DNA from: Bacillota bacterium | Lineage (GTDB): Bacteria; Bacillota; Clostridia; Saccharofermentanales; DTU023 | NCBI GenBank assembly: GCA_029570375.1 | Contig: JAKPXB010000038.1 | Location: 5,899-69,898, forward strand | Length of the DNA stretch: 64,000 nucleotides | Direction of reading: 5' to 3' | Shown: one piece after another, positions 59,899 to 64,000 of the stretch | Layout: every line of letters begins with the position of its first letter | Numbering within the stretch: position 1 is the stretch's first letter | The notes under the pieces: model-generated | Databases searched by the model: none | What the model saw: only the letters and a program-made list of their open reading frames with translations | What the model was told of the DNA's origin: nothing | Made by a program: the position numbers and the translations under genes

Positions 59899-61359
59899 GT
59901 GAAAGAATGGAATGACAATCTCAATCTATCGATGCTGACCGATTTCTATGAGATTACGATGTCGAATGCTTACTACAAGATGGGCATGAAAGACACGATT
60001 GCAGTTTTTGACATGTTTTTCAGAGACGTCCCTGAAAGAGGCGGATTTGCGATTATGGCGGGCGTCGAGCAGCTCGTCGGCTATCTCAGAAATCTTCACT
60101 TCTCTGAAGAGGATCTTGCGTATCTCGCCGATATGGGCATTTTTGAGCCGGAATTCCTTGATTACCTGCGCGATTTCAAGTTCGCCTGTGACGTCTGGGC
60201 GGTGCCCGAGGGAATGCCCATTTTCCCCGGAGAACCGATTGTCAAAGTCAAGGGGCCGATTATCCAGGCGCAGATGATTGAAACGATGATCCTGCTTACG
60301 ATCAATCACCAGAGTCTGATCGCCACGAAGTCCTCGCGTATTGTCCGGGCGGCGGAGGGGCGCGCGGTCATGGAGTTCGGCGCGCGCCGCGCCCAGGGCG
60401 TGGAGGCTTCCGTACTCGGAGCCCGCGCCGCGTACATCGCGGGAGTCGACGGGACATCGTGCACGATCGCGGGGGAGATTTTCGGCATTCCCGTTCTGGG
60501 GACGATGGCGCACAGCTGGGTCCAGGCTTTTGATACGGAGTTTGAGGCATTTAAGGCTTACGCGGTCTCCTACCCGGATAACTGCCAGCTGCTTGTCGAT
60601 ACCTACAACACACTGAAGAGCGGCGTTCCGAACGCGATCCGGGCAAGCAGGGAAGTCCTGGAACCGATGGGGAAACGCCTGAAGGCCATCCGTATCGATT
60701 CAGGCGACCTGGCTTACCTGTCGATCAAGGCGCGCGAGATGCTTGACGCGGCAGGGATGACTGACTGTTCCATCACAGTCAGCAGCGCGATCGATGAATA
60801 CCTCATCCGCGATCTGCTCCACCAGGGGGCGAAACTGGACGCGTTCGGCGTCGGCGAACGGCTGATCACATCGCGTTCAGAACCGGTTTTCAGCGGCGTC
60901 TACAAATTATCTCTTGTCGAGGAGAATGGCGTCGGCGAACCGCGGATGAAGTTCTCTGACAATCCGGAGAAAGTGACAAACCCCGGAGAGAAAACGGTGT
61001 ACCGGCTCTATAACCGGGACACGGGGTACTGTGAGGCCGACCTGATCACGCTCGTCGACGAGACAATCGACGAATCGCAGCCTCTGATCATATTCGATCC
61101 CAACCACACGTGGAAGCGCAAGACATTGCACAACTTCCGGGCGGAGTGCATTCTGCAGCCAATTTTTATCAAAGGTAAATCCTGTTATCAGCCGCGCGAT
61201 ATAGAAGAGATCCGCTCCTTCTGTAAGGCACAGATCGCCACATTGTGGGATACGGTGAAGCGCTTTGAGAATCCGCAGGAGTACTATGTCGACCTGTCGC
61301 ACGACCTGTGGTCGCTGAAAGAGAAATTCCTTCACAGCGCGATTGGCCTGAAAGGGTGA
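59899..61359 (+). CDS. pncB: nicotinate phosphoribosyltransferase
   Basis: 486 aa. LTDFYEITMSNAYY N-terminus and GTMAHSWVQ. GTG start after AAGGAGG. Confidence 0.93.
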   Translation: MKEWNDNLNLSMLTDFYEITMSNAYYKMGMKDTIAVFDMFFRDVPERGGFAIMAGVEQLVGYLRNLHFSEEDLAYLADMGIFEPEFLDYLRDFKFACDVWAVPEGMPIFPGEPIVKVKGPIIQAQMIETMILLTINHQSLIATKSSRIVRAAEGRAVMEFGARRAQGVEASVLGARAAYIAGVDGTSCTIAGEIFGIPVLGTMAHSWVQAFDTEFEAFKAYAVSYPDNCQLLVDTYNTLKSGVPNAIRASREVLEPMGKRLKAIRIDSGDLAYLSIKAREMLDAAGMTDCSITVSSAIDEYLIRDLLHQGAKLDAFGVGERLITSRSEPVFSGVYKLSLVEENGVGEPRMKFSDNPEKVTNPGEKTVYRLYNRDTGYCEADLITLVDETIDESQPLIIFDPNHTWKRKTLHNFRAECILQPIFIKGKSCYQPRDIEEIRSFCKAQIATLWDTVKRFENPQEYYVDLSHDLWSLKEKFLHSAIGLKG

Positions 61360-61392
61360 TCATAAGACTTTCCATGACGGGAACAGAGATAC

Positions 61393-62244
61393 ATGAAGCT
61401 GGTAGATACACACAATCATTTGACAGGCTGGTCGCCGGACGCGGAACAGACATTCGGACAATTAACGGCTTCCGCGTGTGAACGCGGTCTTCTGGGGTTT
61501 GCGGTTTCAGATCATTTCGATCTCGATGTGACGGCGGAGTTTGAAGAGAATCCCTGGGTTGTCGACATCCCCGCTTACTTTGACACCTTTTATGAACGAC
61601 GCCGCATGCCTTCCCGGAGAAAAGAAAGCGATCCTCCCGGATTTCTCCTTTCGCTGGAGCTCGGGTGGACGCGTCAGAATGGAAAACAGCTGCAGGAAAT
61701 CAACGCGTCGTATCCTTTTGACTATACCATCGCGGCCGTCCATTTCTATAACGGATATGATCCGTACAGCAATGGAGAGCATATCTACACAGAGAAACTG
61801 GGCCGTCTGTATTCAGACATTATCGGGCTGATCGCTCAATCGGCGGAAGAGCTGGCGGAGTCGAGAATCATCGCACATTATGATTTCTTCTCCAGATACG
61901 CTCCGCAAATGGAATCAAAAATGACATACCGGCACGCGCCGGACGAATTCGACGCGCTTTTCCGGACGATGCGTGAGAACGAGCAAATACTTGAAATCAA
62001 TACCAGGACGATTGACGCCCTGCACCGCCGCACATGCTACTCGCTGGAAGAGGCGATGCCGGACGCCGATATCCTGAGGCGGTACAGGGAGCTCGGCGGG
62101 CGATTCCTGACGGTCGCTTCCGACGCACACTCAATCGGGCAGAACGGACACCTGGCGCCGGAGGCCGTCGCGTATCTCAACAGTCTCGGGTTTCATGAAT
62201 TTGCCTGGTTTGAGGACAAAAAGCTGCATTACAGCAGGGTATAA
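61393..62244 (+). CDS. PHP-family histidinol-phosphatase-like protein
   Basis: PHP motifs (DTHNH at the N-terminus, later SDAH). HisK/HisJ-like length. Confidence 0.75.
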   Translation: MKLVDTHNHLTGWSPDAEQTFGQLTASACERGLLGFAVSDHFDLDVTAEFEENPWVVDIPAYFDTFYERRRMPSRRKESDPPGFLLSLELGWTRQNGKQLQEINASYPFDYTIAAVHFYNGYDPYSNGEHIYTEKLGRLYSDIIGLIAQSAEELAESRIIAHYDFFSRYAPQMESKMTYRHAPDEFDALFRTMRENEQILEINTRTIDALHRRTCYSLEEAMPDADILRRYRELGGRFLTVASDAHSIGQNGHLAPEAVAYLNSLGFHEFAWFEDKKLHYSRV

Positions 62245-62281
62245 CAGGTGCCGGGCGGTCTTTTATCTTTGGAGCAGGGTG

Positions 62282-62320
62282 GGGCCGGTTCTTTCGAATC
62301 AAAGATGAAAGAACCGGCCC
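62282..62320. terminator. bidirectional terminator hairpin between convergent genes
   Basis: GGGCCGGTTCTTTC GAATCAAAGAT GAAAGAACCGGCCC: a 14-bp stem between the PHP phosphatase stop and the aminotransferase stop. Confidence 0.7.
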
Positions 62321-62327
62321 TGTGATT

Positions 62328-63548
62328 CTAAGAGTTAAAGGATTTCAGACACATATCGAAGAGGGGAAGCGAGGACTTGATCCGCTCGAGCGATACGCAG
62401 TAGGAGAGCCTGAGATAGCCCGGGCAGCCGAAGCTCTCAGACGGGACAACGAGCAGGTTGTAGCGCAGACGTGCGTGATCGGAGAAGGCCTGCGCGTCGC
62501 CGCCGGGGGCTTTGACGAACATGTAGAACGCCCCCTCCGGTCTGACGCATTCGTACCCGACAGCCGTCAACCCTTCGTACATGGTTTTCCTGTTCAGATC
62601 GTACGGCTCAAGATTCGGTCTGGTGTTGACACACCGGGCTATTACCCTCTGAATCAGGGAAGGGGCGCAGACATAGCCGAGGGATCTCGCGGATCCGGCG
62701 ATCGCGTCGTAGATGTCGCGCGCTGCTTCGGCACGCGGATTGACGAGGATGTAGCCGATGCGCTCTCCCGGCATTGAGAATACTTTGCTGTAGGAGTAGC
62801 AGATGATGGTATTCTCGTAAATCAGCGGGATGAACGGGGTGACGATACCGTCGTACACGAGCTCGCGATACGGTTCATCCGATACGATGAAGAGCGGGTG
62901 GCCGATAGCGGCTGATTTCTTTCGCAGGAGCGCCGCCAGGGCTTCGAGTTCTTCTTTTTTGTAGACGCGTCCGGTGGGGTTATTCGGGGAATTCAGGATG
63001 ATCGCGCGCGTCGCCGCGGTAATGGCCCTGTCGATCGCTTCGAGGGAGATACCGAAATCGGGCAGTTTCGGCGGGATGATCACGAGTTTCGCACCGTGTC
63101 CTTCGACAAAGCATTTGTATTCCGGGAAGTAAGGGGCTAAAGTGATAAACTCATTCGCCTCGCCGCTGATGGAAAGCGCCCGGAATGTTGTCGAGAGCGC
63201 CGCGGCGGCTCCGCAGGAGATATAAAGCGAGCTCTCGTCGAATGATGTGCCGTATTCGAGATTCAGCTGAGCGGCGATGGCTTTTCTGACTTCGAAATCG
63301 CCCGGCGCGCTTGTGTAGCCGTGGAGCGCGATCGGGTCGCACTCAGCGAGAAGAGACGAAAAAGCCTCATCAACTTGATGAGGCGGCGGAACGCTCGGAT
63401 TTCCAATACTAAAGTCGAAGATATATTCGTTGCCGATTTCGCGCGCTTTCGTCTTTCCGTATTCAAAGAGTTCGCGGATCGCGGAACGCTGACGGCCATA
63501 GGCGAGAGAAAAATCAGAGACGATCGGGTGGCTGTTTTTGTTTGTCAT
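62328..63548 (-). CDS. pyridoxal-phosphate-dependent aminotransferase, class I/II
   Basis: 406 aa. PLP-lysine context YSYSKVFSMPGERIGY and NPSVPPP, NSPNNPTG motifs. Confidence 0.9.
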   Translation of the reverse strand: MTNKNSHPIVSDFSLAYGRQRSAIRELFEYGKTKAREIGNEYIFDFSIGNPSVPPPHQVDEAFSSLLAECDPIALHGYTSAPGDFEVRKAIAAQLNLEYGTSFDESSLYISCGAAAALSTTFRALSISGEANEFITLAPYFPEYKCFVEGHGAKLVIIPPKLPDFGISLEAIDRAITAATRAIILNSPNNPTGRVYKKEELEALAALLRKKSAAIGHPLFIVSDEPYRELVYDGIVTPFIPLIYENTIICYSYSKVFSMPGERIGYILVNPRAEAARDIYDAIAGSARSLGYVCAPSLIQRVIARCVNTRPNLEPYDLNRKTMYEGLTAVGYECVRPEGAFYMFVKAPGGDAQAFSDHARLRYNLLVVPSESFGCPGYLRLSYCVSLERIKSSLPLFDMCLKSFNS

Positions 63549-63566
63549 AGGGGATCCTTTCAGCGA

Positions 63567-64000
63567 TCAGACTTTCCTTCCGGCTAACGCCCGGCCGGCC
63601 TCGAACGCCCGGCGGTTGATGTCCAGAAATTTCGGCGGTACTTGTTTTGCGAGGGCGCTGTCCCAGTCGAACTGTTCCATTTCGAAGGCTTCGACCATCG
63701 CGCCCAGCATAATAATATTCATGACGCGTGCGTTCCCTAACGCCATCGCCGCCTCCCCCGCGTTGAAAGCGATCACGCGGAATGCTTTCGACAAGGCTTC
63801 GATGTAATTGTCAGGGTATTCAGCAGCCCCGGAAGCGACAGGGAGAGGCATGATCTTGTAGTCGTTGACAACGATGATGCCGTCTTTTTTCAGGATGGAA
63901 GAATGGCGCACGGCTTCCATCTGCTCAAAGGCCACGAGGATATCCGCCTCGCCTTTCCCGACCAGAGGGGCGTCCACTTTCTTCCCGTAGCGGACGGTCG
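63567..64000 (-). CDS. iorB: indolepyruvate / 2-oxoacid:ferredoxin oxidoreductase beta-gamma-type subunit, partial (runs off the window)
   Basis: C-terminal part (GEADILVAFEQMEAVR...NIIMLGAMVEAF) typical of IorB / OFOR gamma. The frame stays open upstream of the track start to position 64000. Confidence 0.7.
   Translation of the reverse strand, partial: TVRYGKKVDAPLVGKGEADILVAFEQMEAVRHSSILKKDGIIVVNDYKIMPLPVASGAAEYPDNYIEALSKAFRVIAFNAGEAAMALGNARVMNIIMLGAMVEAFEMEQFDWDSALAKQVPPKFLDINRRAFEAGRALAGRKV

Overview
GC-rich, almost fully coding chromosomal segment. Gene content and order look Firmicutes/Clostridia-like: an S10-spc-alpha ribosomal superoperon followed by ecfA-ecfT-truA. Coordinates of non-ORF features were located by eye and may be off by 1-2 nt.

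Left part (1-19.6 kb):
- A TPP riboswitch in front of a ThiXYZ-type ABC importer.
- An MscS channel, then a ~370-nt GC-rich stretch that does not look coding.
- LemA and TPM-domain genes, a uridine-kinase-like P-loop kinase, trxA and nnr.
- An FMN riboswitch in front of a RibU-like ECF S-component.
- An ABC-F ATPase, hisS-aspS, lepB-lepA, tRNA-Leu(UAG) and an M20 peptidase.

Middle (about 19.64-29.0 kb):
- A sharply AT-richer ~9.3 kb block inserted between two convergent host genes.
- It carries a GntR/HutC-type regulator divergent from a 7-gene operon: a BMP-family ABC importer, an enamidase-like amidohydrolase, an 8-oxoguanine-deaminase-like amidohydrolase and a creatininase-fold hydrolase.
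- This is my best candidate for a horizontally acquired, uncharacterised N-heterocycle uptake and hydrolysis system.

Right part:
- SIMPL protein, Crp/Fnr regulator, fhs, a PucR-like regulator and an ftsE-ftsX-M23-S41 cell-envelope module. FtsE carries an unusual ~185-aa tail.
- The complete ribosomal-protein superoperon rpsJ to rplQ, including secY, adk, map, infA and rpoA. Several r-proteins carry extensions.
- A single-ORF EcfA1-EcfA2 fusion plus ecfT, then truA, pncB, a PHP phosphatase, an aminotransferase and a partial iorB-like gene at the window edge.

I saw no rRNA, CRISPR array, transposase, integrase or phage genes.
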